Positions 25,380 to 38,510 of a stretch of 64,000 nt of DNA are shown here, in pieces (position 1 is the first letter of the stretch; each line of letters begins with the position of its first letter). The notes beneath the pieces are model-generated. The model saw only the letters and a program-made list of their open reading frames with translations. It searched no databases and was not told the origin of the DNA. The position numbers and the translations under genes are program-made. Source of the stretch: Hypanus sabinus (taxonomy: Eukaryota); contig NC_082732.1 of assembly GCF_030144855.1 (NCBI RefSeq), positions 30,938,001-31,002,000 on the forward strand. Direction: 5' to 3'.

Positions 25380-25729
25380 CAGTTAGATTTAGACAGGGAT
25401 GAACAGAGCTCTTCCTGAGAGCTCCGTGAACCTGTCCCACCTGATACCAGTGCTGATCTGCATCTGAATACCAGCCAGCACCAATATGTCCCTTATCCAG
25501 AAATGTTCATATCTGCTTTAAAATTACTGATTGAACTTTTATCTGTTGTTTTCTCTGAGAGTTCCCCATGCACTTAGAAAGAGCATCTTCGCTTTGATTA
25601 AAATACATCTCTTGTTCTGCACTCCTCCGCTTGTTTCTTTCATTTCCAGCATATCAATTCCCATCATATTACTCAAAACCTCAGTCAATAAACATTTTTC
25701 TATATTCTAGGCAAAGAATAAAAGAAAAG

Positions 25730-26010
25730 CAGACTTTCTTTTATGTAGCATCTTTCAAAATATGAGACCATCTCAAAGCTAGTACTTCGGAAGAGTCACT
25801 CCTCCTATAATGTACCAAACACTGCAACCAATTTGCACACACCAACACTGCACACAATGAGATAAATGTCCATATCATCCGTTTTTATACTCTTGATTGA
25901 GGAATAAGTGTAAGCCAAGCTCCAGCGGCAAATGTTTCTGTGCTTCTTTTGATGTATTTTATGAGTCTTTTACAATCACCTGAGAGTCAGAAAGAGCTTT
26001 ATGTTAATAT
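25730..26010 (-). mobile_element. Deu-SINE (SacSINE1-like) remnant
   Basis: tttatgtagcatctttca..tctcaaagc..caaccaatttgcacac..tgattgaggaataagt..tcttttacaatcacctgagag. Confidence 0.55.
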
Positions 26011-26869
26011 CTCCTTGTATTAAACCAAAAACTTGGTATTCAAAGTTGAGAGTGTGTCACCCATTGAGCAACAAGGTGAATATGCCATCTGTGTTGGAGG
26101 CCGAGTGATCAGTAAAATCTAAAGAAATCATGACTGAAAAATTGTTACAGTTACTTGGAGGAATTGTTTGCAAACATGGCTTAAAGAATTTTTGTGCAAA
26201 AGTGACTTTTACTGTTTAATAAGTGTAATGTTCTCACAAAAAGTGACTCCTAAAAGTTGACTATTCTGTATTGAATTATCTTTATTGCTTGCTTGGAGTT
26301 TGCAGCCTCTTGAGCCGCAGTTGTGCATGCAACATCAGATGTTTTTAAATATCACAAGAGTGCGAAAGAGGCAAAAATACACCTGGTTGGCCCATCATAA
26401 CGATCAGATCACCAGCAACCAGACTAAACTCAAGTTTGAGCTCAATACCCAATGGGAATTCATTTAACAGCAGCGCCTCGAGGCTATGTTATCTCTCTGA
26501 TTATGTGGAAGAAAGGCTTGTTACTTTAAGGAAGGTAACTGAGACGTTCATCAGCTGCTCTTAAGACACAGACCTATCCTTGAATTTTAACAACTGGGTA
26601 TCAGTACTGAAATTTTAAATTGGATTTGTCTTATCACCAGGCTTGATGGCTATATTCAAAAGAAAGATCCACATGGAGTTGAATCCATGGCTAGATCAGC
26701 CATGATCTTAATGAATAACCAAACAAATTCAACAGGCTAGAAGGCGTATTCCTGCTTCTACTTCTTATGTTCTTATACCAAAGGGAAACTCATCAGATAT
26801 GCTAACAACCATCAGGAGTAGTGCTGAATACAAGCAGATTTTAGTTGAGGTTTTGTCCACATTCAGGCC

Positions 26870-29800
26870 GTCCCATGAAACACTCTCAGGGTGGATACAT
26901 ATTGCTTAAATAGAGAAATAAGACCTCTCAACACTGTTTAACATACCTCTTTCCATAGCATTCTGTCAAACAGTCACAGGTAGGAGGACATAATTTAGAT
27001 ATATAATGAAACTCTTTCTATATTATCCCAGCAAGCATTCACATGACTAATACAGGTGATGTAGCAGAATAATTTTATTTGAGAGACTGTATAATTCCTT
27101 CTGACTTCAAGCGTGAGCAGAAGGAATTGTACAGCTTCAAAACCATGATTTTAGTGACCACACCCAGGAAAAAATCAGAGATCTTCCATGCACTGGTTAT
27201 ATGCCTAATATATGTATATGAAGGTTCCCTGAGCCTAATCTACAGCTAAACCACGCTAAATCTGCCTGCATTGAAGTGATCCTCAGGATCCATGTAAGAC
27301 AACCTGCAGTCCACCTCATATGGAATTCCCCTTACCAGGCATCAATATTTTTAAATGTGGAGATTGAGAGATATTCAGTCACAGCCTGTTCACTAGGTGA
27401 GATCCAAGCAGCATCTGTTTTATTCTGTCAGTGCAGCAGAACATTGCTTTTTGTTCATCAGAATGGTTTACATTGAGGACATAAAGGAATTGATTTTAAC
27501 ACCATCGACAAACTCCAGGAGTGGAATTTCTGTTGATTTTTCTTTCCCAGGGTATTCTTAGCTACATTTTCTCCAAGTGTATCTGTCTTCATTTCTGGTG
27601 TGGTCTGACTGCCAATCTGGCTCACTGGAGCAGATTTACTAGAACAACATTGCCATCTTGTGTACATTTCTTACTGTTGCAGCAACCCTACTGTAATACC
27701 AAAATCCCATGATAAATTGCATATTGCAAGGGCTTGAGGAATGAATACAGCAGAGCAATTTGTTTATGAACAATTTGTGTACTTTTATTTGAAGGATGGG
27801 AGCAAAAGAAACAGTTTTATATTTGCAGTTTTGAAAAGATACATAATACTCAGTGTAAAGGCAGCTAAGGTTAAAACTGATTCAAAGTCCTTCCACAGCA
27901 ACCCAACAAACATTACTAATTCAGTAAGATTAGAGAGTAAAGCTTTCTCCACACTATCTATTATTTCCAGGAGAACACTGATTAGATACAGGGGGAAATT
28001 TTCCCTATAAGCACATCCAGGGCAAAAATGGTTAGATAGAGATTCAAGATATATACTAAAGAGAGTAAAGGGAATTACAGATACATGAGAGAGGAGTGGC
28101 CAGAATTGACTGGAAAAGAACACCAACAGGGATGACAGCAGGCTACCAATGTCTGAAATTTTTGGAAACAATTTGGAAAGCCCAGGATATATACATCCCA
28201 AAGAGGAAGAAGTATCTTAAAGGAAACATGGCACAACTGTGGCTAACAAGAGATGTCAAAGCCAACATAAAAACCAACAAGTATAATGGAGCAAAAATTA
28301 GTGGGAAGTTAGAGGATAGGGAAGCTTTTAAGAAATAACAGAAGGCAATTAAAAAAGTCATTAAGAAGGCAAAGACGGAATACAAAAGTAAGCTAGCCAG
28401 TAATATTAAAGAGGATGCCAAAAGTTTGTTCAGATACATAATGTGTAACAGAGAGGCGAGAGTGGATATTGGACCACTGGAAAACAATGTTGGAGAGGTA
28501 ATAATGGAGGGCAAGGAAATGGCGGATGAACTGAATAACTATTTTGAATTAGTCTTCGCTATGGAAAATGCTATGAGTATGGTGGAAGTTCTAGGTATCG
28601 GGGGCATGAAGTATATGAAGTTACCATAACCAGATAGAAAGTTCTTGGGAAACTGAAATGTCTGAAGGTAGCTAGGTCACGTGGACCAGATGGTGTGCAC
28701 CCCAGAGTTCTGAAAGAGGTAGCTCAAGAGATTGCAGAGGCATTAGTAATGATCTTTCAAGAATCACTAGCTTCTGGAATGGTTCTGGAAGACTGGAAAA
28801 TTTCAAATGTCACTCCACTCTTTAAGAAGGGACAAAGGCAGAAGAAAGGAAACTATAGGCCAGTTAGTCTGACCTCAGTGGTTGGGAAGTTGTTGGAGTT
28901 GATTACTAAGGATGAGGTCAGGGTACTGATTGGCAGGACACAAAGATTGGGAATGAAGGAAGCCTTTACTGTCTGGCTGCCGGTGACTAGTGGTGTTCCA
29001 CAGGGGTCTGTGGTGGAACCGATTCTTTTTACTTTATATGTCAATGATTTGGATGATGGAATTGATGGCTTTGTTGCAAAATTTGCAGACAATATGAAGA
29101 TAGGTGGAGAGGAAGGTAGTTTTGAGGAAGTAGAGGCTACAGAAGAACAGACAGATTAGGAGAATGGCAAAGAAATGGCAGATGGAATACAGTGTTGGGA
29201 AGTGTATGGTCATGCAGTTTGGTAGAAAAAATGAAAGAGTTGACTATTTTCTAAATGGAGAGAAAAAACAAAAAAAAAACTGAGGCACTTTGTCACAAGG
29301 TCTTGGAGTCCTTGTGCAGGATTCCCTAAAGGTTAATTTGCAGGTTGAGTCTGTGGTGAGGAAGGCAAATGCAATGTTAGCATTAATTTTAAGAAGACTA
29401 GAATATAAAAGCAAGGATGTAATGTTGAAACTTTATAAAGCACTGGTGAGGTCTCACTAGGAGTATTGCAAGCAGGTTCGGGCCCCCTATCTTAGAAAAG
29501 ATGTGCTGAAACTGGAGAGGGTTCAAAGGAGGTTCACAAAAATTATTTCAGGATTGAATTGCTTGTCATATAAAGAGTGTTTGATGGCTCTGGGCCTATA
29601 TTCACTAGAATTCAGAATATTAAGGGGTGATCTCATTGAAACTTATTGAATCATGAAAGGCCTTGATACAGTGGATGTGGAGAGAATGTTTCCTATGATA
29701 TGAAAGTCTAAGACCAGAGAACACAGCCTCAAAATAGAGGAACATCCTTTTAGAACGGAGATGATGAGGTATTTCTTTAGCCAGAGAATGGTGACTCTGT

Positions 29801-30240
29801 GGAATTATTCGCCAAAAGCAGCTGTGGAGGGCAAGTCTTTATGTATATTTAAGACAGAGGTTGCTAAATTTTTGATTGGTCAAGGCATGAAGGGATCCAG
29901 AGAGAAGACAGGAGATTGAGGCTGAGAGAAAATTTGGATCAGCCATGATGAAATGGTGAGGCAGACTTGATGGGCCAAATGGTCTAATACTGCACTATAT
30001 CTTATGGTCTTATGGATTAAAACACACTTTATTCTATCACATCAACTGCTACTGGGCGAGATACAACACAAGCTTGATGTTGAATAAATCTTCCCCTATC
30101 TGTCTCATTAAATGCTGTCAAAGTAGGTACAGAATGGGTTAGATATAAAGCTTTGTCAGCAATGTCCCATCAAAAATTGCCAAACAGATAGTATACAGAT
30201 ACGATGAACAGTTAAACTCCCTCCACATTCAGTTATTCCT
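26870..30240 (+). repeat. Degenerate ~65-bp tandem repeat patches (26870-27060, 27860-28075, 30016-30240), the last two split by a CR1
   Basis: Recurrent ggttagatacag / agagtaaagct / ctacact / gtcccatcaaa / aggtacag words. Confidence 0.6.
28078..30015 (+). mobile_element. CR1-clade LINE, 5'-truncated with internal deletion
   Basis: [60 protein letters not shown]. Tail (cttatggt). Confidence 0.92.
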
Positions 30241-30729
30241 TGGGCAAAGACCCACTTTATTGGGGTCATAGAAATTTACATTAGGAAAGGAGACCATTCA
30301 GTCTGTCAGATCCCTTTTGGCAAAATGGTGCAATTTAGTTTATTCCCAGTTCAAATTCCCTGATTCCTAGCTTTCAGAACACTCCAGAACAAATCTTAAA
30401 AATCCTCTGTTAAATTAAGCCAATGACTCCCTTCCCCACCCCCCCCCCCCCCAGCTGCTGACTATTCTGCAAAGAGAAATGATTCCTTCCTTTTCATACT
30501 AACCAGATCACTCAGAATTTTTAATACCTCAGTTAAATGTCCCCTCAGAAGCTGAAATATGAGGATCCAGTACTTAAAGTCATGCAATGCCGGTCTGAGG
30601 AAACAGACCAAAGATGAGTGTAGAGCCAAAGAGATGACATTAACCATAGACCTATTTTGGCAGGAGCTGAATTGCAGTAGGCCAAGGTTGTCTGGGAGGC
30701 TAGAATTAATGCAGCCTCCCTAAGCACTG

Positions 30730-33223
30730 CATGATGGTCAGAGCGACTGTTCAGAGTCAGTAGACTGGTCCATGTTCAAAGACTCAGCGCTCAGCATAAA
30801 TGAATATGTCAGCATCGTCACTGTGGTCCAAAGAGGTCAGTCCAGGTGTTCCCAAGCCAGAAACCATTAATGAACTGGGAGATCCATTCCCTACTGAAGT
30901 CTAAAACCACAGGGTTCAAATCTGGTGACACGATCTTTGCAAGAAGTCAAGATATGACTTCTGTAATGATATCAGGAATGCCAAGAGACAATATCCATCC
31001 AAAATCAAGTCCCAGACCAGTTGTGGCAGGACACATATGCTGTAACGAGCTATGAAATGGAAAGGAGCAGTGTTACCAACAACAACATGTACCTTCTTGA
31101 TGAGCTTAATTAATTCTATGCATGTTATGAACAGAAGTGGTTTGGAATGTCACCACCCGCACCATTTCAAACATAAAATCGCTCTTCCAGAGAGTGAACC
31201 CACAGAGAACAACTAGCCCAGATGGTGTTTCTGGCCATGTCCTTTGATGCTGTGCAGATCAGCTGATGGGGGGTATTTGCAGACATTTTTAACCTCTCCC
31301 TGCTGAGGTTGCTACCTGCTTTAAGGAGATCGCTGTCATCCCGGTGCCAAAGGAAAACCAGGTAACTGCCTTAACAAATACTGCCCTGCCCAGTACTTAG
31401 AGAGGCTAGTAATTAGTTCCAGCCTCCCAGACAACCTCACCCCACTGCAATTCGCCTACCACCAAAATAAGTCTATGATTAATGTCATCTCTTTGGCCTT
31501 TCACTCATCTTTTGAGCATCTGGACAGTAAAGACACCCACATTAGACTACTGTGTATTGATTCATTACCATAATACCAAATTCCTCAACTTGGGACTCAA
31601 TAACTCCCTTTGCAACTGGACTTCCTGACCAACAGACCTCAATCAGTAAGGATAGGCAGCAATACCTCTACCATGAATATTCTTAACACTGGAGCCCCAC
31701 AAGGCTGTGTCCTCAGCCCCCTACTCTACTCATGACTATGTGGCCAGATTCTGCACCAACTCCATCTAACAGATTGCAGCTTGTTAATAAATGCCATCAG
31801 TTCCATCAATGCTCATGTAGGCCAGATCTTAACTAACGACGAGTCAAGGTGCAGGAAGCAGATGGTAGGGTATCCTTACAACAACCTTTCCCTCCATGTC
31901 AGCAAAACAAAAGAGCTGATCATTGACTTCAGGAAGGGCGGGGGGAATGCACATGCTCCTGTTTACATCAATAGTGCTGAGGTCAAGGGGCTTCAAAGTT
32001 TCAATTAATTAGGAATCAAGATCATCAATAGCCTGTACTAGTTTGACCACATTGACGCCACAGCCAAGAAAGCTCCCCAGTGCCTCTACTTCGTTAGGAA
32101 ACTGAAGAAGCTTGGCATGTCCCCTTTGACCCTCACTAATTTTCCTCAATGCACCATAGAAAGAATCCCATCCAGATGCATCGTGACTTGGTATGGTAAC
32201 TATTCTGCCTGTGGCCATAAGAAAATGCAGAGAGATGTGAACACAACTCTTTGAGTACTGTGTCCAGTTCTGGTCGCCTCACTATAGGAAGGATGTGGAA
32301 GCATTGGAAAGGGTACAGAGGAGATTTACCAGGATGCTGCCTGGTTTAGAGAGTATGGATTATGATCAGAGATTAAGGGAGCTAGGGCTTTACTCTTTGG
32401 AGAGAAGGAGGATGAAAGGAGACATGATAGAGGTATACAAAATATTAAGAGGAATAGACAGAGTGGACAGCCAGCACCTCTTCCCCAGGGCACCACTGCT
32501 CAGTACAAGAGGACATGGCTTTAAGTTAAGGGGAGGGAAGTTCAAGGGGGATATTAGAGGAAGGTTTTTCACTCAGAGAGTGGTTGGTGCGTGGAATGCA
32601 CTGCCTGAGTCAGTGGTGGAGGCAAACACATTTGTGAAGTTTAAGAGACTACTAGACAGGTATATGGAGGAATTTAAGGTGGGAGGGGTTATATGTTTGA
32701 GGGTCAGCACAACATTGTGGGCCAAAGGGCCTGTAATGTGCTGTACTATTCTACGTTACTAACTCAATACATCACAGAAACAAGTCTAAACTGCATGCAC
32801 TTTGTCGAAACTCCTTGCTGCCTCAGTAAAGCAACCAGCGTAATCAAAGATCCCATCCGCCCTTGCCATTTTCTTTTCTCCCTCTTCCATTGGGCAGAAT
32901 TTACAAAGGTCCAAAAGCATGTACCACTCGGCTCAAGCACAGCTTCTTTCCTGTTGTGATAAGACTTTTGAATGGTTCCCATCTTATCTATGATAAGATA
33001 AACTCTTGACATCATAATTTACATCATTGTGATCTTACACCTTGTTGTCTACCTGCATTGCACTTTCTCTTACTGTAACACTTTATTCTGCTCTTTGTTA
33101 TTGTTTTAGCTTGTACTTACCTCAATGTACTGTTGTAATGAGTTGATCTGAATGGATGGCGTGCAAGGTTTTTCACTGTATCCTGGTACATGTGGTAACA
33201 ATAAAACAGTTTACCAATTTACC
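30730..33223 (+). mobile_element. Rex1-type LINE (30730-32249 and 32761-33223), split by a young CR1
   Basis: FPSQKPLMN, ccactgcaattcgcctac (PLQFAY), cttaacactggagccccacaaggctgtgtcctcagccccc ([13 protein letters not shown]), KTKELIIDFRK. Tail (tttacca). Confidence 0.88.
32250..32760 (+). mobile_element. Young CR1 3' fragment with 5-bp TSD
   Basis: Open EYCVQFWSPHYRKDVEALERVQRRFTRMLPGL...FFTQRVVGAWNALP. aactc at 32245-32249 and 32761-32765. Confidence 0.92.
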
Positions 33224-33784
33224 TCAATTTTCTTCTAAAGAAACACTCCCAGTTCAGTGATCTGGTGATTAAGTTAAACTTACATCAATTTACCTGTATT
33301 CATACTCCAACAAGAAACAGGAATCCTGAAGAAGTTTATTTAGTAGGGTTGGAATGAAAAGCAGTGGTTGCTACGAAATTGTTGGGTCCCTAAAAAAACG
33401 ATCTGGTTGTACTCAAGGAGTGGAAATCTGCCATCCTTGCCTGGTTTGGGCTATATACGACTCCGGGTCCATCAGTACAGTTGACTCTTAATTGCTTCAG
33501 TTTAGCGGCGACTTGAGATAGCTAATAAATGCCATCAGTTTCAACGATGTCCATGTCCAATGATTAAGTAATTAAGTATATCGTCATAACCATAATTATT
33601 CAGCTGTACCAACAGTTTCATAAATTTCCATTGTGCCTTCTCTGGTGTTAATGCCATCACACTTTTTCTGTGGTGTGGTAACTAAAGCAGTACTGTAAAG
33701 TAGTCTAGCTAGTTTTTCCATTGTTGAACCATGTTCTTCCTGCTTGTGGGAAAATGTCAAGGTCAGTGATCCAAAGAGAGTGAG

Positions 33785-33998
33785 CAGTCAGCATGACGCT
33801 ATTACAGCTCAAAGCGTCAAGAGTTCGGAGTTCAGTTCCAGCGCCATCTCTAAAGAGTCTCTTTACGTCCTCCCTGTGGAATGCATGGGTTTTCCTTGGG
33901 TGCTCTGGTTTCCTCCACAGTCCAAAGGTGTATTGGTCATTGTGTGGCTTGAAGGGCCGGGGGGCCTACTCTGCGCTATGTCATAAAATAAATAAATA
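33785..33998 (+). mobile_element. V-SINE (HE1-like)
   Basis: B-box-like ggagttcagttcc, V-domain-like tgggttttcct..gtgctctggtttcctcc.acagtccaaagg, and LINE-like tail gaagggccg..ggcctactc followed by (aaat)n. Confidence 0.75.
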
Positions 33999-34019
33999 CA
34001 TTGCAAACATAAATGTTGG

Positions 34020-35255
34020 GTAGTAAAAGGACAAAGCAATTGATAAGAAGGGCAACGTTAGAGCACAAGAGTAAATATGAATACATCCTGTAAATGTGTC
34101 TACATATATGAAAAGAAAAATATGAGTGAAGACAAATATGGGTCCTTATGGTCAGAAATGGGAATTCATACTGAAGAACATGGAAATACCAGAGCAATTA
34201 AGTAAATATTTTGGTTTTACCCTCACAGAAGAGGACACAAGTAATTTACCAAAATTGTTAAGGAACTAAAGTTCTAATGAAGGTTGGAAATTTAAGGAAG
34301 TTAGTCAGGACTACTTTCTTGATAATTTAATATCACTGTAAGCTGATAAACGGAAGTAACAGCAGAAACAGTGCATGCCTCAGTTAGAACTTTCTGGAAT
34401 TCGGCACATTTTGGAATAGCCCCTGCAGATGAGAGATTAGCAAATGCAACCCCATTATTTAAAAAGAAGGGAGAAAGATAAATCACAAAACTACAGACTA
34501 ATTAGCCTGACATGAATAATGGGGAAAATGCTAGAGGCAATTATAAATTTGAGATTAGGGACATTTAGAAAAAATATCAAAGAGATCATACAAAGTCAAT
34601 ATGGATTTCTGAAAGAGAAATCAAATTTGACAAAAATGCTAGAGTTTTTTTGAGGATATGGCTGGTGGAATAGATAAGAGAGAATCACTACATGAGAAGC
34701 GTTTGGATTTTCAGAAAGCTTCTGATAAAAATTTCACAGAAAAGATTAATGTGCAAAATTAATGTATTTTAATGCTCATTAATGAGTAATGTATTGACAT
34801 GGATCACAAATTGTTTGACAATTTGGATGGAGAAACCATTTAATCCTTCCAAGTTTTCTGACAGCACTGAACTGAGTGGGATTATAACTTGAGAGGAAGA
34901 TGTGAAGAGACTCCAAAGCAGTTTTTTTTTCGATTGAGGCAAAGCAATGGCAGCTGCAATTTCATCCTCATAAGTGCAAGGTGATGCGCTTGGGAAGTCG
35001 AATAAGGGTAGGGCATAAATTATGAATTATAGGGCCCTATTGTTTACTGAGTTGCTGCACGAAAGGATGTTGAGACCAAATTGCTAAAGTATTTAAGAGA
35101 ACAATAGATGCATTTCTATATGCAAAATACATCAAAGAAAGAGTGCAAGAATATGGTATTAAGATAGACGATCACTTATGATTATACTGAATGGTTGAAA
35201 GGCTTAATGGCCTAGTCCTGTTCTAATTTTCTGTGCCTCTATGTTTTTTCTATGT
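34020..35255 (+). mobile_element. CR1-clade LINE, heavily degraded
   Basis: gcaaatgcaaccccattatttaaaaag (ANATPLFK), ttggattttcagaaagcttctgataa (LDFQKA.D), HER1-like tail near 35170-35250. Confidence 0.75.
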
Positions 35256-36053
35256 TTCAGTCAATGTCTTGATTTTCTTGTGGTGACTACACTTCAAAAT
35301 ACTTTGATGGCTACAAAGTGCTCTATAGAGTTTCCTGAGGTTGTGAAAAACACAAATATAAATTCATGCTTTTCCTTAACATTTAATGGTCTGGAATTGT
35401 AAGGTCTCTGCACTTAGAGATGGTTGCAATCCCTTCCTCCCTCATCCCCCCCCCCCACCCCCCGAAAGGCTCTGCATGGTCAGAAACATTCCTTAAAGGA
35501 TTTTACAATATGGCAAGAGAATGGCCCAGAGCTTTCCCTAGGCAATAAGAGGAAATATGCACTCAAGAGAAATCTTCCCTGTGATCTGCAACACACACAC
35601 AGCAAAACATATTCTTCCTCTTGCCTCAGGTCTTCTCCTGCTACTCTTACTACCTTTGATCTTCAAACACAGCCTAGCAAAGTGGGCTCTGTGTAGTCTT
35701 CCAGGATGGGGGATAAGGGGTAAGGAGAGAAAGAGGAGGAATCTTCACAAAAAAAAGGAAACAACTGAGTGAGAGCCCTGGCAGTGGACAATGTACGATC
35801 AGTACCATGGTGGTTTTACACCAGGCCTCTGTAGCTGCTGAACCACCATGGATAAGGCTTCCAAGAAGACAAAACTGGGAATTTTCGCAAGGGCATTTAA
35901 AGCTTTCATCCAAGCAAAATATATTCTCAGTTTGTAGTGCAAATTCCTGTCACATTTATAATTTCAGTAATGCTGGGCCTCCACCAGTCTTTCTCATTGA
36001 TGCCAATGTGATTCATTTTGAGTAATGTAGTTCTTCCTTAAACCTTTTCTGCA

Positions 36054-36075
36054 TCTCTCTCTCTCTCTCTCTCTT

Positions 36076-36126
<51 letters not shown>
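36054..36126. repeat. Compound (TC)n(CA)n microsatellite
   Basis: About 10 TC units followed by about 25 CA units. Confidence 0.97.
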
Positions 36127-36127
<1 letters not shown>

Positions 36128-37676
36128 CTCTCTATTCTTTCTGGAATACTGATTTAATTTTATATATTTTTCTCTCAAGTGGAATCTGAATGACCATATT
36201 CCAAACAATCCACCTAAACTCTTGCATTCCACTGAACTTTCTTGTAAAGCTTCAACATAAGCATAAAGAAATACTTTGGAAATGCAGAATACAGGAACCA
36301 GGACATCTGGGGTCTCCTAAATGTTTCTGCTCAAATTGACCCAGCTTTGATTAAATAGCAACAGATTCTGAATTGACCTCAAAATAAAATGAGATCTTAC
36401 TTAATGGCATTTTGTCTTCATGGCCTCAAATTGAAAAACACTTCACTTTCCAGGATGCAGTCTTCCTGATCGTAAAGAAGTCTTCAGTTATAATGTGGAA
36501 TCTAGTATTACTTAGTCTTTTAATTATACACAAGAATAAGTTAGTGAGATTCTAGATTTTGTACAGCAGTGAGCTGGGAAAGCTAAACCTTGAGAAGTCA
36601 CTGAGAGATCACAGCTCAACTTTCCTGTTCAGTTTTGAATACCTAACTCAGGAAAGGAAAGGGCAGAAGGGCTTGTAATTAAGGGAGTTTATTTACATCC
36701 TCAACAACTTGTTTTATTAATTACCTTTAAATATTAAAATATTTTATGAGGCTTCACAGGAGTATTATCAAATAAAATTTGACCCCAAGTTAACTTAGTC
36801 AAAAATTAGACTTTACTGAGAGTTTGACAGAAGGAAAGAGCAAGAGATGCAAAGATTTGGGCAATGGAATATGTTACCTTGGGGCCAAAGTATCTGAAGG
36901 TGGTGACAGTGGTGGAAAGGTAAAAATTGGATACGCATGATGACAAGATTGTGGGGAAAAAGGATTTTGCAGGGTTGAAAGGCAGGAGGAAGTTGTAAAG
37001 AATTAAGGAAAGAGGCTACAGAGGGACTGAAGTGACGGAAGAGAATTTTTTAAATAAACCCTGTCCAACAGAAGATTGTGAGGGTCAGTGAGTGGAGCAT
37101 GATGGGTGAACGAGAATCTGTGTGTCATAAACAACGTGCTGTTCGTTCAATTGCCTGCTGATCAACAAGTTTACAACTGTATTTTGTTTAGTCAGAAAAG
37201 CTGCTCTGTGCCATGCTCTCCAAATGGTGAAAGTCGAGGAGAGCGACAAAGGAAAATTATCTCTGATGCGCCCAGATTGCTCTCTACTAACCCCAGAGGA
37301 GAAGGGGTTTAAACTCTAGAACATACAGTTAACATTCTACATCCAACATCATTCACCAATAGCTAGGTGACAGGCTACTGATAGTTAAACAAGAACTAAG
37401 GTTCTACTTGATCACCTCAGCCTCTAGCTGGCCTTGTGACCATGACTTTCTTAAAAAACAGCTATTCTTCTGTGAAGTGGTTAATCAACATGGCTACTGT
37501 TTCCTGTTGGTTTATCTTCCGCTTCTTAATTGAGATTTTTGCAGGTAGTTTTATTTGGGCCAGACCACAATCTGAGCCATATCCCTTTGGTCCCAATGCA
37601 TCATTCATCCCCATTCCTCCCTCCCCCGCCCACCAGTGCGAGCCAGTTTCTCACGGTGTCTGCCTTTTTCCAACAG

Positions 37677-37817
37677 TTCACGGCATCAAATGGACCTGCA
37701 GTAATGGGAACACCAGCGCCGGTTTCTCAGTGGAGCAGCTTGTTCAGCAGATCCTGGACAGCCACCAGACCAAGCCTCAGCCTCGCACTCACAACTGCCT
37801 GTGCACCGGCAATCTGG
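37677..37817 (+). CDS. CAMTA1: CAMTA1 coding exon (141 nt; approx. human exon 8)
   Basis: Acceptor tgcctttttccaacag|TT CAC GGC ATC and donor CTG G|gtagga. Encodes (F)HGIKWTCSNGNTSAGFSVEQLVQQILDSHQTKPQPRTHNCLCTGNLG, near-identical to recalled CAMTA1. Phase 1/1. Confidence 0.96.
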
Positions 37818-38219
37818 GTAGGACTAACTGGGAGTAACCCTTCTAATTAACATGAACCTTTTAGCATATGAAGCTTTAAAAATTAAATCTGGGAATTTTG
37901 GTCCCATTAATACTGCCCCTCATCCTCCACAACCTCACCATCACTCTCCTGAATCTGTTCATTCCCTTAGCTTTTGCCTGTCTCACTGGGGACAATGAGT
38001 GTCACTGGATTATTCAACCATGGTGACTCTCCCAGAAGAGCCCACTCCTCTCTTCGCTGCTCCTCTGTTGAGGGGAGATGCCCACAGATTGCCATGTCAT
38101 TTCTTTTGTTTTCCACTTACAGGGAAATAAAGAAGGTGTTTGTGGTTGTAAAAGTGCAAGAACCAGGGGATAACATGCACAGACACTCACAATCACATGC
38201 CATGCACTGCAGGTCACAC

Positions 38220-38510
38220 AACACCGCTCTCAACCTCAGGATGTTTTACAGCTCTTTAGAGCCAGTAAAGAGCTTTTTGAAGAGTAGTCACTGTTGTGGT
38301 GTGGGAAATGCGAATGGAATTTTACACACGGCGAGCTCCCGCAATATGATAATTGTCAGCAAATATAAAAGTTAATGTAGCTGGGAAACTGAAGAAAGCT
38401 CCTCCACTCTGTTTAAGAATGCTGCCTTGGTATATTTTGTATCCACGCGAGAAAGCAGAATGGACCTCACTTTTGCATCTCTTCTAAAAAGTGGCAAATC
38501 TGTGAGTGCG
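38220..38510 (-). mobile_element. Deu-SINE (SacSINE1-like) remnant in CAMTA1 intron
   Basis: caacctcaggatg..ttttgaagagtagtcactgttgt..gggaaatgcg..gctccc..atccacgcgagaaagcaga. Confidence 0.6.

Noticed and set aside
37436-37837. 133-aa ORF with a novel hydrophobic N-terminus
   Set aside because: Only 37677-37817 matches CAMTA1 and is bounded by splice sites. The rest is open intron with a non-ATG start.
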